Below are positions 13,934 through 27,519 of a stretch of 64,000 nucleotides of DNA, piece after piece. The translations under genes and the position numbers were made by a program. Positions within the stretch are counted from its first letter, which is position 1. Each line of letters begins with the position of its first letter. The stretch comes from Squalus acanthias (lineage: Eukaryota). A model generated the notes under the pieces. The model saw only the letters and a program-made list of their open reading frames with translations, ran no database searches and had not been told where the DNA came from. The stretch spans positions 117,492,001 through 117,556,000 of the forward strand of contig CM059431.1 of NCBI GenBank assembly GCA_030390025.1, in the 5' to 3' direction.

Positions 13934-14121
13934 AATGATCATCTCAAACAAGGAAAAAATAATTATCTGTTCCTGACCTATGTCATCACCATCACCAATC
14001 CTTGCCATCAATATCCTGGGAGTCACCATTGACCAGAAGCTTAACTGGGTCATATCAATACCATGGCTATAAAAACAGAGCAGAGGCTGTGTACTGTGTG
14101 ATAGTTGGCTCATCTTTTGCG

Positions 14122-14285
14122 CTATGTTCCCTGTAATTTGTTTTGGCTCTTCACGGCCCCACTAAGGGGCTGCGCGGGCCATGCAAAATACCGGGCATGC
14201 GCGGTTTTTACATTGAAATGCCGGTAAGCCAGCTGCGCAGGTTCGCTGGAGCAGTGCGCGGCCGCACATCTTACAGGGAACACTC
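14122..14285. mobile_element. Short MITE, probably hAT-type
   Basis: Perfect 12-bp TIR core TGTTCCCTGTAA (14125) / TTACAGGGAACA (14282); the possible 8-bp TSD is degenerate. Confidence 0.65.
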
Positions 14286-14380
14286 CTTCTGACCCCTCTA
14301 TGTTTATTCTCCACCTGTAAGATACAAGTCAAGAGTGTGATGGAATACTCACCACTCACCTGGATGGGAGCTGAAGCAAT

Positions 14381-15146
14381 GGGCCAAAAATTCGGCACTT
14401 GCCGGGTGAGTACGCGCTGTGTACTCACCTGCAAGGCCTCCTGAAGTGCCGGTTTCCTGCATGCACTGCGCATGCGCGGGAAACCGGAACTTCCGGTCTT
14501 GTGAAGGGAGTGGTTCAGAGGTGAACCGCGTGCGCGGTAGAGGCTGCGCGCATGCAGCAAACTTAGGGTTTTTTTTAGGTTTCTCCAGGAGGGTAGTATT
14601 GAAGAACCTGCGCTTTTAAAAAGGAGGCGCAGGACCCGTTTTCAACAAGGTAAGTGGTTAATTAGTTATAATTTAAAAAAAATTTCAACAGGTTTATCTT
14701 TTTTAGATACTTTAAAGAAAGGTAAGTTCATTTTTAGCACTGTTAAAAAGTATTTTAATATTTTCAAAAATTTAAATTTCTGTTTAAAGTAGTTAATTTA
14801 TTTAACTTATAGTTATTTAAAAAATGTGATGGTTTTTAAAAAATAATTATTTGAAGTTTAGCTGTTCTTTTGGGGCCGATTTCAATTCATAGATTTGACA
14901 GGTCTTCCTGTCAAATCTATGAATGAAAGATGGTCTGCGGCCATTGGCTCTCCATGGCCCACGTGATCCCAGGGGACGCATCGCACTAACTACGCCCCCG
15001 GGACACGCAAGCACTGCGCGCCGGCAGTTGGAGCAGGCCCAGCAGCTGAAGTCCCCGTGGGCCAGAAGCAGAACGGCAGACGCGGTAGGTAAGTGCGCGC
15101 GCGATCCTTACCCCCGCGGCAAGCCGGAGTGGCGAATTTCTGGGCC
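14381..15146. mobile_element. Non-autonomous Harbinger-type element
   Basis: TIRs GGGCCAAAAATTCG / CGAATTTCTGGGCC; TSD AAT; same family as 23143-23861 in the opposite orientation. Confidence 0.8.
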
Positions 15147-16880
15147 AATAACTTTCCAGAAGCTTGACGGATTAATTGACATAATTGGCATCTCTGCCAA
15201 ATGATTCAATATCTACTTACAAGAAGAACAAAAGCAACTCACCAAAGTTACTTCAACAGCTCATCTCTCCACTGAGACATCTACCGATGAGAAGGACAGT
15301 AGTAGCAATGTTATGGGAACATCATCACCTCTAAGTTCCCCTCAATTTCATACTCCATCCTGACTTGGACGTTTATCGCCGTTCCTTCATTGTCGCCAGG
15401 TCAAGATTGTGGAATTCCCTAGCTAACACCATTGTGCGAACACCATCACCACAAGGCATGCACCACAAGGAAGAGGTCCATCTCCACCTTTCCAGAACGA
15501 CTAGGGACTGGAAATAAAATGCAGCCTTGCCAGCATCGACCACATTCTAAGAATATTCTTTTTTAAGTTGTGTCGTTGTAAAGCATGACTAGCTTTGTAC
15601 TAATGCTAAAGTTGCACTATCAATGCACCAAAAGACACCAATTGCCAAAACGATTGACTGGGGAACAATTTGTAATTTAATCAGGCAATTTCCAGATTGT
15701 TAGTACCAGCCATGCTGGGTGGCAGTCTAGCCCTTAAGGTGAATTTGAGTGGCCAGTTTGTAAATTGCAATTTAAATTTAGCATCGATTTAAAAGCATCA
15801 ATTTAGCCAATTATTACAGGCAGATCCCATTAACTTTTGTAACTCTGCAAATAGTTGTGTGATATACTGTGCTAGAGTTACAAATCACACTTGGATCTGG
15901 TTGTAATTGATTCCTGCTGATCAAAGTCCTTATTACAGAAGTATCTTTAATCATTCAACATGCGTCAGTTAAAATGAAAGTGCGTATCATCATACGGATG
16001 AATTTTTCACACAATGATGCAAATAGCATTATGGGCAATTAGCCCCCTACAATGTATCACATTACGGCAGCATTCTGAACGTTGGACCTGGGTAAAGGGC
16101 AGTATTAACATGGAGGAAATAATCTTTCAGTTGCAGCTAGCAAAAGGCAAAACACCTTTGATAGAATTATAGAATGATACAGCACAGAAGGAGGCCATTT
16201 GGCCCATCATGCCTGTACCGGCTCTTTGAAAGAGATATCCAATTATTTCCACTCCCCTGCTCTTTCCCCATAGCCCAGCAATTTTTTTTTCCATTTCAAG
16301 TAGTTATCCAATTCCCTTTTGAATGTTACTTTTAAATCTGCTTCCACCACCCTTTCAGGCAGTGCCTTTCAGATCATAACAACTCACTTCTTCATTTTTT
16401 TTTTCTCATGTCGCCTTTGGTTCTTTTACCAATTACCTTAAATCTGTGTCCTCTGGTTACCAACCGTTTTGCTAGTGGAAATAGTTCTCCTTATTTACCT
16501 TATCAAAATCCTTCAAGATTTTGAACGCCTCTATCAAATCTCCTCTTAACCTTCTCTGTTCTAAAGAGAACAACCCTAGTTTCTCTAGTCTCTGCATGTA
16601 ACTGAAATCCCTCATCCCTGGTACCATTCTAATAAATCTTCTCTGCACCCTCTCCAAGGCCTTGACAACCTTCCTAAAGTGTGGTGCCTAGAATTGGCCA
16701 CAATACTCCAGCTGGGGCCTAACCAATGTTTTATAAAGGTTCAGTATAACTTCCTTGCTTTTGTATTCTATGCCTCTATTAATAAAGGTCATGATGTGGA
16801 GATGCCGGCGTTGGACTGGGGTGGACAAAAATGAGAAGTCGCACAACACCAGGTTATAGTCCAACAGATTTATTTAAAAT

Positions 16881-16916
16881 TACAAGCTTTCGGAGCTGTC
16901 GCCCCTTCCTCAGGTA
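16881..16916 (-). ncRNA. Minimal type I hammerhead ribozyme motif (inverted PLE arm)
   Basis: Exact reverse complement of 19054-19089. Confidence 0.8.
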
Positions 16917-17609
16917 GAGTAACTGTGAGAGAATCTCCCAGAATTCACAATATAAACACAGGAAAAATGCATTCAAATCTTTCCCTACATCAAAGACACA
17001 CTAAGAGCACAGCCAAGACAATGAGATGTGTCCCAGGGGGTCCAACGTGTCAAAACACCTGCTGGCTGCATATCCTCTGCAGTTGAGTTTGTTTCTTGTG
17101 TTAGTTTTTTTTTTTAAAAAGGGCTGGAAAGACCGGCCATGATGTCAAGTCACGTTCTGTATCGTGACATGAACCCGATATCGCGATTGAGGCCATCCTC
17201 ATAAGTGCGGAACTTGGCTATCAGTTTCTGCTCGATGATTTTGCGCTGTCGTGTATCCCGAAGGCCGCCTTGGAGAACGCTTACCCGCAGATCCGAGGCT
17301 GAATGCCCCTGACTGCTGAAGTGTTCTCCGACTGGGAGGCAACCATCCTGCCTGGCGATTGTTGCGCGGTGTCCGTTCATACGTTGTCTCAGTGTCTGCA
17401 TGGTCTCGCCGATGTACCATGCTCTGGGGCATCCTTTACTGCAACGTATCAGGTAGACAATGTTGGCCGAGTCACATGAGCATGTACCGTGTACCTGGTG
17501 GGTAGTGTCCTCACGTGTGATGATGGTATCTGTGTCCATGATCTGACATGTCTTGCAGAGGTTGCCGTGGCAGGGTTGTGTGGTGTCGTGGTTGCTGTTC
17601 TCCTGAAAG

Positions 17610-18824
17610 ATGGGTAATTTGCTGCACGGAACAGCCATGGGGACCAAATTCGCACCCCAATATGCCAACATCTTCATGCACAAGTTCGAGCAAGACTTTT
17701 TCGCTGCACAGGACCTCCAACCAACGCTGTACACCAGATACATCGACGACATCTTCTTCCTTTGGACCCATGGCGAAGGATCACTGAAAGGACTACACGA
17801 TAGCATCAACAGGTTCCATCCCACCATCAAACTCACCATGGACTACTCCTCAGAATCGGTTTCATTCTTGGACACACAAATCTCCATCAAAGACGGACGC
17901 CTCAGCACTTCACTCTACCGCAAGCCGACGGACAACCTCACGATGCTCCACTTCTCCAGCTTCCACCCTAACCACGTTAAAGAAGCCATCCCCTATGGAC
18001 AAGCCCTGCGAATACACAGGATCTGCTCAGATGAGGAGGAACGCGATGGACACCTACGGACACTGAAAGACGCCCTCGTAAGAACGGGATATGACGCTCG
18101 ACTCGTCGATCGACAGTTCCGACGGGCCACTGCGAAAAACCGCATAGACCTCCTCAGAAGACGAACACGGGACACAACCAACAGAGTACCCTACGTTGTC
18201 CAGTACTTCCCCGGAGCGGAAAAACTATGCCATGTTCTTCGCAGCCTTCAACATGTCATCGATGACGACGAACACCTTGCTAAGGCCATCCCCACGCCTC
18301 CACTACTCGCCTTCAAGCAGCCGCCTAACCTCAAAAGTACCATCGTTTGCAGCAAATTACCCATCTTTCAGGAGAACAGCAACCACGACACCACACAACC
18401 CTGCCACGGCAACCTCTGCAAGACATGTCAGATCATGGACACAGATACCATCATCACACGTGAGGACACTACCCACCAGGTACATGGTACATACTCATGT
18501 GACTCGGCCAACGTTGTCTACCTGATACGTTGCAGTAAAGGATGCCCCAGAGCATGGTACATCGGCGAGACCATGCAGACACTGAGACAACGTATGAACG
18601 GACACCGCGCAACAATCGCCAGGCAGGATGGTTGCCTCCCAGTCGGAGAACACTTCAGCAGTCAGGGGCATTCAGCCTCGGATCTGCGGGTAAGCGTTCT
18701 CCAAGGCGGCCTTCGGGATACACGACAGCGCAAAATCATCGAGCAGAAACTGATAGCCAAGTTCAGCACTCATGAGGATGGCCTCAATCGCGATATCGGG
18801 TTCATGTCACGATACAGAACGTGA
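17610..18824 (+). CDS. 5'-truncated PLE polyprotein: C-terminal RT, Cys-rich linker and GIY-YIG endonuclease (the first ~5 codons come from the inverted arm)
   Basis: GTAMGTKFAPQYANIFM, RYIDDIF, FLD, YRKPT; linker PCHGNLCKTC; NVVYLIRC..C...YIGET...RMNGH. No internal stops. Confidence 0.9.
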   Translation: MGNLLHGTAMGTKFAPQYANIFMHKFEQDFFAAQDLQPTLYTRYIDDIFFLWTHGEGSLKGLHDSINRFHPTIKLTMDYSSESVSFLDTQISIKDGRLSTSLYRKPTDNLTMLHFSSFHPNHVKEAIPYGQALRIHRICSDEEERDGHLRTLKDALVRTGYDARLVDRQFRRATAKNRIDLLRRRTRDTTNRVPYVVQYFPGAEKLCHVLRSLQHVIDDDEHLAKAIPTPPLLAFKQPPNLKSTIVCSKLPIFQENSNHDTTQPCHGNLCKTCQIMDTDTIITREDTTHQVHGTYSCDSANVVYLIRCSKGCPRAWYIGETMQTLRQRMNGHRATIARQDGCLPVGEHFSSQGHSASDLRVSVLQGGLRDTRQRKIIEQKLIAKFSTHEDGLNRDIGFMSRYRT

Positions 18825-19053
18825 CTTGACATCATGGCCGGTCTTTCCAGCCTTTTTAAAAAAAAACTAACACAAGAAACAAACTCAACTGCAGAGGATA
18901 TGCAGCCAGCAGGTGTTTTGACACGTTGGACCCCCTGGGACACATCTCATTGTCTTGGCTGTGCTCTTAGTGTGTCTTTGATGTAGGGAAAGATTTGAAT
19001 GCATTTTTCTGTGTTTATATTGTGAATTCTGGGAGATTCTCTCACAGTTACTC

Positions 19054-19089
19054 TACCTGAGGAAGGGGCGACAGCTCCGAAAGCTTGTA
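19054..19089 (+). ncRNA. Minimal type I hammerhead ribozyme motif in PLE pseudo-LTR
   Basis: TAC-CTGAGGA-AGGGGC-GACA-GCTCC-GAAA-GCTT-GTA. Confidence 0.8.
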
Positions 19090-21721
19090 ATTTTAAATAA
19101 ATCTGTTGGACTATAACCTGGTGTTGTGCGACTTCTCATTTCTATTAATAAAGCCAAGGATCCCGTATGCCTTTTTAACAGCCTTCTCTACTTGTCCTGC
19201 CACATTCAAAGATTGTGTATGTGCACCCCTATCTGTTCCGGCACCGTCTTTAAAATTGTACCCATTTTGTTTTTATTACTTCTTCTCATTCTTCCTACCA
19301 AACTGAATCACTTTACACTTCTCTGCATTAAATTTCATCTGCCATGTGTCTGTCCATTTCACCAGTTTGGCTATGTCCTCCTAAAGTCTGTTACCATCCT
19401 CCTCACTGTTTACATACATTTCCGAGTTTCGTGTCATCGGCAAACTTTGAAATTATGCCCTGTATACCCACGTCCAGATCATTAATATATATCTAAAAGA
19501 GCAGTGGTCCCAACACAGACCCCTGGGGGAGACCATGGCACACTTCCCTCCAATCTGAAAAACAACCGGTCACCACTACTTCCTGCTTTCTGTCCCTTAG
19601 CCAATTTTGTACCCATGCAGCCTCTGCCCCTTTAATCCCATGGGCCTCAATTTTACTAACAAGTCTATTATGTAGTACTTTATCAAATGCCTTTCGAAAG
19701 TCCATATGTACAATATCAACTGCACTAACTTCATTCACCCACTCCGTTACTTTATCACCCAATCAAGTTAGTCAAACACAATTTGTCTTTAAAAAATCCA
19801 TACTGACTTTCATTTACTAACCCATATTTTACCAAGTACCAATTAATTTTGTCCCGGATTAATGTCTTTGTAAGCTTCCCCACCACTGACGTTAGGCTCA
19901 CTGGCCTGTAATTGCCAGGTTTATCCTGCTCCCCTTTTTTGAACAAGGGTGTAACATTTGCAATCCTCCAGTCCTCTGGTATAACTTCCATATCTAAGGA
20001 GGATTAGAAGATTCTGTCCAGAGCCTCTGCAATTTCCACCCTTACTTCCCTTACTTTTCTAATTTGAGCGCTGCCAACCTTTTAAGTACCTCCTCTTTAT
20101 TGGTGTGCAGTGGTGTCCCCCAGGGGTCAGTGTTGGGACCACTGCTCTATTTGATATATATAGGTTTGTGAATCTTTGGAATTTTCTACCCCAGAGGGCT
20201 GTGGATGCTCAGTCATTGAGTATATTCAAGAATGAAATCAATAGATTTTTGGACACTAAGGGTATCAAGGGATATGGGTGGGAAAGTGGAGTTGAGGTAA
20301 AAGATCAGCCATGATCTCATTGAATGGCTGAGCGGGCTCGAGGGTCCATTTGGCCTACTTCTGCACTTATTTCTTATGTTCTTACGTTCTTTATCTATTT
20401 TTATCCTATCCAATTTCTCTACTACCTCCTCCTTTACTGCGACAATGGAAGCATCCTCTTCTTTAGTGAAGGCAGATGCAAAGTACTCATTTAGTACTTC
20501 AACCTTGCCCTCTGCATCTACAAGATGATCATCTTTTTGGTCCCTGCTTGGCCTCACCCTTCCTTTGACTACCCTTTTCCTATTTGTATGTTTATAAAAG
20601 ACTTTTGGGTTCCCTTTTATGTTAGCCGTTAATCTATCCTCATACATTCTCTTTGCCCCTCTTATTTCCTTTTTCAGTTCTCCCCTGTGCTTTTTGTATT
20701 CAGCTTGGTTCTCGACTGGATTACGAACCTGACATTTATCATAAGCCTCCTTTCTCTGTTTCTTTTTAATCTATATTTGATAAAATATGTAAATGAATAC
20801 ATTAATGACAGGATAAAATTGCACATCATGTGACTGAGCATGCCTGAAAGGTTGCACCAAGGAGGGTGAAGAGCCGACACATTGAAGGGGCAAATCTATG
20901 TGTGAACTGAAATTCAATAGCTGTCAGAAGACCTGAATAAATTATACTTTCAAAAAATGCAAATATGTTTACATATTGTCTGAAATACTACAGTAATCCC
21001 TGAAACTACTACATAATTAAAAGAAAAAAAATTGTCTTCTCAGTCTATAGATTTTAGCAGAATATCTGTCCTGAAATTATATAATATTTTTCTATTTACA
21101 GATTTACAATTTACAATAGCCTGCAGTGAAAGAACCTTACACAAAGGTGGTACTGTTGATTAAAGGCTACCTCAGTCACAGGATAACTGGATGCTGGCCC
21201 CAGAAAATCATTTAGAGAACTAATTGGGTTGTGAAAGGGCCAGAATACAACACGTTCTGCCTCCTGGTCCTTTGTTACAGATCGTTTGGTTTGTAGACTG
21301 TACCTAGACAGGGCCCTATGCAGGATCCAGTGACAGCTGAAGGTTTATCATGAAGCCTTCTTTTTGAGTATCACATCTTTGACTGAATAAATGGTTCCTC
21401 TTCTCATGAGTCAACATCTCCCTGAGCTTGGTAACTGTCCTCCTCTGAGACACTCGTATTCTTAAGAATGGATTCAACATAGCTGATGAAGATGATTCGT
21501 TTGTGGAGATTTAAAGTACTCTTTCCCATTAACTACATTGGAGAGCACTTGCACTGGCAATGCTGAAGGACTGCTGCAGTTACTGGAGAGAAAATAATTT
21601 ATGCATTTTCATGACACTGAGGAATATAGTCAAATAGTAGATTGACTTTCCGCAGGAGTTCTCCCAATCATCTGCCGTAACTTCGGCAGAAGCTCTTCGG
21701 AAACTCCAGAGAAAAAAGGAA

Positions 21722-21952
21722 GAAAGAAAGACTTGCATTTATATAACGCCTTTCACGACCACCGGACATCGCAAAGTGCTTTACAGCCAATGAAGCACTT
21801 TTGAAGTGGAGTCACTGTTGTAATGTGGGAAATGTGGCAGCCAATTTGCACACAGCAGGCTCCCACAAACAGCAATGTGCTAATGACCAGATAACCTGTT
21901 TTTGTTATGTTGGTTGAGGGATAAATATTGGCCAGGACTCCGGGGAGAACTT
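21722..21952 (-). mobile_element. DeuSINE (SacSINE1-like), 3' half
   Basis: Reverse complement of the 3' half of 59311-59745, with a (CTTT)n tail. Confidence 0.8.
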
Positions 21953-23142
21953 CTGGTGGAAATGGTCTTTGTGCTATTTTGCCAGGGTTTCCATGGATCT
22001 TCCACTGAAATTACAATGGACAATGGAGCGAACCCCCACAGAAATTTAACTCCAAGACTTTGTGGGGTATAAATTTAACATTGTTGCGCTCATTTTAAGG
22101 GCCTAAAACTGGCCCAACAACAACCAATTTAGCAGTGCAGAAGCCCGCACCCGATCTACACTGGAGTTTGGGCCACTACTAAACTCGACGGGGCCTTTCT
22201 TCAGGCAGCCCTGGCAGCCGCCTGAAATGAGCGCAGGTCTCATTTCAGTATTGAAATGAGACTCCTGCGCTCATTTCAGACCCGCACTTCTAAATTTGTT
22301 AGTGTCCCACAAGCTCCAACTGGTATTTCCGGGTCTTGAGCAGCTTAACTAGTGGTCCTTGAAGGGACAGCTGGGGTCCGCTCAAAAAAGACCCAAAAAC
22401 TTAGAAAATTGTTTGTATTTTGTGGAGTCGGAAGGAGCAGGAGCATTCCTCCTGGCTGCACAAAACAACTGCAGGCTGCTATCGGCCCGCCCTCTTCTCC
22501 ACCCTCCCCCCTCACTGACTTACCTCTGAGCCACAGTCTGGGCCAAAATCTGTAAGGCCCCAACAAATGAGCTGCGTTGGGGTACCTGATTGTGAATTTG
22601 AAAACAATTTATTGACATTTTTAGATATTATAATCCATGGGTTTGTTTGTCCTTTTGTGGTTGGCAATGTTAATTTTAAGTCACATAAATATTTTGAATT
22701 TCAGAAATTGTTTGAGAAAAGTCATTCTGCTTCTGTGAAGTGTGGCAACCTTTTAGAGTTTAGTCTTTGCTTCAATTATTTCTGAATTTTTCCATGATTG
22801 GCATATGGGATCACATTCATTAGCATTAGTCAGAGTACATTAGCATTCTAAAGTGCCTCATTTTGCTTGTTGAGGTGTGAGATTTCAATGATTTCTAATA
22901 ACATCTGATTTGGGATCTTCAGTTGCTTCCAATAACAAGTTAAATTGCTGCTTGTCAGAATGTGTAGCATTCCCACATGGGCAGTCAATGAATGTGCTTA
23001 CTGTTGTATTGCTAAAATATCTAATCCCAGTATGCTGGTTTGCTGCCCTCATTATCTTTCTAAAGCCATCATATTTTCTATGCAGTACTTTTTTGGTGTT
23101 GGTCAGTTAAGTTGGAAAATGAATTGAAATTTAAGATATATT

Positions 23143-23861
23143 GGCCCAAAAATTCGTGAGGAAGCCTTCGTGCGAGGGTAAGGCTTCCCTGCGATCTCTC
23201 ACTGCGCGTTGGCTTTTTCAGTTCCAGCTCGCACGAACTTGATGTTCTGGACAGCTGCTGTGCTGGGCTTGCGTATCCCACAGGCATAGTTAATTCGTGC
23301 GAGCTGTGGGATCATGTGACTCAGTTAGAGCCAATGGCAGCACACCATCTTCCATTCATAACTTTCACATAAGTGCTGTGAAAGCTATGAATACTACAGC
23401 CCCCCAAAAGAACCGCTAAACCTCAATTAAATTTTTTTTTAAAACCATCACATTAATAAAATAAGTATAGTTAAATAAATTAACCATTTTAAATAAAAAA
23501 TAAAATTTTTGAAAAAATTTAAAACCTTTTAAAAAGTTATAAAAATAAACTTACCTGTCTTTAAAGTCTCTAAAAAAGATATACCTGTTAAAAAAAATTC
23601 AAAATAATACTTAATTCACTACTTACCTTGTTAAAAGTGGGTCTTACTCCTCCTTTTTTTATGTGTAGAGTCTTCCGTACTTACCTGCGCGTTGAAACCA
23701 CTAAGTGCACTGCATGCGCGCAGCCTGTAGCGCGCACGCGGTTCACCTAGGACCCACCCCCTTTTCCATTCACCAAGTGCCGGTTTTCAGCGCATGCGCA
23801 GTGCATGCAGAAAACCGGCAATTGGAGACAGAATACGCGTAGCGGCACTAATTTTTGGGCC
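23143..23861. mobile_element. Non-autonomous Harbinger-type element
   Basis: TIRs GGCCCAAAAATT / AATTTTTGGGCC; internal blocks are reverse complements of those in 14381-15146; TSD not preserved. Confidence 0.75.
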
Positions 23862-24084
23862 GTCGTGAACATCAATATAGGATACAGGCCAGTTTTCCCA
23901 CGCTTTCAGATTTAAAAATATATTATTGTGATTTGAATTTTCATATTGTCCTGCTATCTGAGCTAGTTTTGAATTACTTTCTTCACACAGATATTAGTTA
24001 ATTTTCAAACTGTGATTCACCAAAGCATCTTTAAGAGAACAATGAGATTCATTACAAAGAAAATATATGACGTGAAGAGATAAA

Positions 24085-25723
24085 GAGCTGGATTTTTCCA
24101 ACCTCGGCGGGTCCGTGGCAGGCGATGTCTGTGGCATGTGGGAACCCCGCATTTATCTTGATCCCGGCCTCCAACAAGATTTTACGTTAATTGGGCTTCT
24201 TAGGCCCACCCTGCGAGGTTCCCAGCCAATTAATAGGAAGGGGTCTGAGGACATCATTTGATGACACGTCATCGGCCGGTTTGCTTAAAGGGACCATGTC
24301 CAAATTGATTTTGACATTTGTACTGTCAGTGTTCTGCAGCATTGAGGTGCTGCAAACGCTGACAAGAACTGCGCAAGGGTGCACGGCTGCACCCAGGCTC
24401 GCCCATGACTCTCTCCATATGCTTATGAAGGGAGTCACAGCACGCAGGGAGGTTCTTTTCCCTTCCAATGGGTGGAAGAGACATCCCCAGGACACCAACA
24501 CAGCCTGGTTGCACATTGCACAGGAGGACACAAGCAGAGATGTCATCAGCAGGACCAGGCTGCAGTGGCGCAAACATTTCAATGATCTCACTAGATCAGG
24601 AAACGTTACATCAAAGCCACACTCAACCTTATCCTGCTGTGCCACTCATCACATCCCCATCACTCTGCCTTCCCAACTCTACTCCTGCACATCCTTACTC
24701 ACACCAACTTACTTTGCACCTCCACCCATCCCTGCCTATCTATATTAAAACTTCCCCATCTCACTAGCCACCACTCACACTTACCCTCATCCTAGTCCAA
24801 TCAAACCAACTAACAACACACAAGGGTAGTCACTTGGATGTTTTATGCAATGCTCATGTGAAGTTTCTGTTCTTTATTTTCAACACTTTGCATTCTTGGA
24901 CAGATTTGTGTACACCTTTGGAAATGTCTTAGTGAGTTCCAGTGAATGGTGAGACGTAAGGGTACCCCCCAACCCCCACAATAGTGATGAGTGTGAAAGG
25001 AATGGCTTGGAAATTGTAGGGATGCTTTAAGGTGCTGGTGTGGGATGGTGCCAAACTGGCGCATCATGTGACAGCCAAGGTATACAGCATCAAGTGAAGT
25101 AAATCTGGCCATGGTAAGGCCATTGCTGGCATCAAGGGCAGCAATGTGGTCGGGTGCTGATGCCCTGTGTCCTGTGCAGCGTCAGGTTATTGCGGAGAAG
25201 GTTGGAGTTGTTGTTGGTGCTGCTGGTGTGCCTGGTGATACTGGTGTGCCTGGTGATGTTGGTGTTGGGGCTGATCATGGTGGGATTCAAGGACCAAGTT
25301 GAGATTATTTCAAGTGCACCGATGCTGATGGAATAGATGGTAGCTGAAGTTGAAATGACAGAAGCGATCTGTCAATGGGGAGAGAGGTTGCTCCAAGGAG
25401 GTGACACTGGATAGAGAGTTTGCTCCAAACACTTCAAACCTCCATAAAGCTGAAAAGTGTATTCCAAATCCTGAAGGTTCCAGCCTCTAAGATTGGAAAT
25501 TTAAATACCTTTAAGCAGCTTCTTAAATATCTCAATTGTCTAACCCGTCGCTTAGTGCTGGGTGTGCAAACTGCAGGCAGAGCCAGCACTTGGGAAATCA
25601 ACAAGGAGGTGGTTTCAGAGTGGCCTTCCACCCCGCTGTCAATCAGTGCCATTTTGATGTGCTGTTTTGATATGCAATCAGTGCGGACCCGCCTCCGAAC
25701 CCGCATGCTGAGACATTCAGCCC
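24085..25723 (+). mobile_element. Harbinger-derived deletion derivative with a Myb/SANT-like exon remnant
   Basis: Ends GAGCTGGATTT / CATTCAGCCC, TSD AAA. Peptide APRLAHDSLHMLMKGV..RREVLFP...W......RTRLQWRKHFNDL resembles the Myb exon at 49935. Colinear with 35498-37928. Confidence 0.75.
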
Positions 25724-26628
25724 AAAGTGTGCAAATAGAGAAAGCCTGTCAGAATATAAAAGTAGACATGAAAAGTTATTCATATTCCCTTTACATATGA
25801 ACAATTGTTGTCAGACTTCTATTGTTGCTTCAAACAACTAATGAGCCCTGCAGTTATGCTGGATGGTAGGAAAAAGATCGATACGTTTTAATTTATTCCC
25901 ACATAAAAATGTGTTACAAATCATGTTTCTAAGGTTTTAGTTACCATCTCTATCATTTAAGTGCTACATCTCTCTTCACAGAGCTTGTCTTTTCAATTTT
26001 GATATGCTAATTTTACCATTGTTCTCAGAGACATCTGTCTTCCTCCTGAGGCTGATGCTTGTGCAACAAATTCAGTATTGGTGAGAAAACAGTTGGCATT
26101 TGGTTCAAAATTTGGTTTTGAAGGTCCAAAACTCAGGCATTCAAAAAACTTGTCAACTCCCACCATTTGTGACGCGATTCATTCAGCAAACAAATGTACC
26201 TTCACTATGAGGCTACAGGGGTTCAGAATCATATTCTGCTAGCAATTAGATTTCCTGAACATTATAGCAACTAATAGGATGTTATGATATTGGGCTAATT
26301 TATCATGATTAACATCACACTGGAGCATATGTTACAGCAGTACCGCACCACCAGTATTTTTAAAGGCAGGCCATTCTGAAGTGAAAATCTATTGCATAAA
26401 ATAGTACAATTCAGACATTTTCATTTTATTATGGTCTCACTCCTACAACAAGGCACCTGCTGTAGTCACTTGAAAAAGGAGCTTGTCCTTTCTCTGCATT
26501 GGTGCTGCAGTGTAATATCAGTCTCCCTTCACCATGTTCCCACCCTTTCAACATCCTCCCCATACCCACCCACCATCACTTTTGCACTCTTAGTTACCCC
26601 ACTATCACCTGCTCGTTCCTGACTTTAA

Positions 26629-27474
26629 GGGCTGGATTTTGTGAATGGAGGTGTGTTGGAGGTGGGACTGCTGCTTGTTGTGTCAATGTCCCGCCTCCAT
26701 CCTCGCCTGACCATTCAGAGGGATTTCCCCCTCATTGAGCTTGTTAAGCCCGCCTTGCAGGCTCAGCAAGCCAATTAGGGAAGAAGTCACTGACAGAGCA
26801 CGTCAATGTCAGACGTGCTATCTGTCAAGACTTCTTGAAAGAAGAAATGACAGCGTTTGACAGCTCTGTGAAGCTGTCAAACACTGACATTCTCTTTAGT
26901 TTGGTGAGTCTTTGTGGTGAGGACTCAACAAACATTAAAAATAAGTAAATTTCAGATGTCTGATGGATCGGAGGGTCCATCAGCCATTACCTGAAATTGA
27001 CAAGGTGGATGTCCGCTCTCCTGATCCAGCGCGGCTAAAGGCTATAGAAGGAAAAAAAGGTAAGTGAACACTTTTTTAAACTAATCACTCACCTTGCATA
27101 CTTGCCACTCCACACTTGCACCCATCACTCACCTCTACACCTTACTTCCAGGTGCCTCCGACCGCCGCAGACCTCCTTCATGTCTCCTCCAACCCGGCAG
27201 GGTTCTCCGAGGTCGGGAAGCCTTCACCTGTGAAGGTAAAATGGCACTAATCCTTTTTTCTGCCTGTTAACTACCTGTTAACAGGCAGTTAAAAGGATTA
27301 AATGCCTTTCCCGCCTCCAGGAGACGGGACCCGAAGCTACACACCCTCCCGCCTCCTGGCAAAAGGGCACGGAGGCGGGATGTGGGCGGGTTTGCCATCC
27401 GCCCCCACTTTCTCCAATTTTACCGGCTGTCCCGCCTCCATGCCCGCCTCCTCGGGGCTTGGAAAATCCAGCCC
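26629..27474. mobile_element. Non-autonomous Harbinger-type element
   Basis: Perfect 12-bp TIR GGGCTGGATTTT / AAAATCCAGCCC. Confidence 0.75.
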
Positions 27475-27519
27475 ATTGTTCCTGTCTTAAAGTAATTAAG
27501 CATAAATGTTCTGCTTCAA

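Larger units (their letters stand above)
12860..15555 (+). mobile_element. Old 5'-truncated CR1/L2-group LINE interrupted by three DNA-transposon MITEs
   Basis: RT-like FINDLPS...GMFAD near 12980-13035. The LINE sequence resumes after each insertion and ends with the same 3' tail as 42765-43095. Confidence 0.6.
16788..19140 (+). mobile_element. Penelope-like element (Neptune-type): inverted 3' copy (16788-17626) joined to a 5'-truncated forward copy (about 17624-19140)
   Basis: About 790-bp near-perfect inverted repeat (16830-17626 vs 18348-19140); 13-bp TSD TCTATTAATAAAG at 16775-16787 and 19141-19153. Confidence 0.95.
16160..20770 (-). mobile_element. CR1 LINE (ORF2 remnants and 3' tail), split by the Penelope insertion and by a plus-strand CR1 3' fragment (about 20104-20387)
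   Basis: Minus-strand peptides PEDWRIANVTPLFKKG..PGNYRPVSLTSVVGK, DFRKAFDKV...GLPQGSVLGPLLF and ERVQRRFIRM...EQRRLRGDLIE. The sequence is continuous across the PLE TSD. Confidence 0.85.

Noticed and set aside
17150..17839. 229-aa minus-strand ORF as a separate endonuclease gene
   Set aside because: It is antisense RT sequence fused to the inverted duplicate of the GIY-YIG domain.
18822..19050. TGA stop with a possible SECIS (Naiad-type selenoprotein PLE)
   Set aside because: No in-frame internal TGA, the sister copy ends in TAG, and no SECIS is evident.
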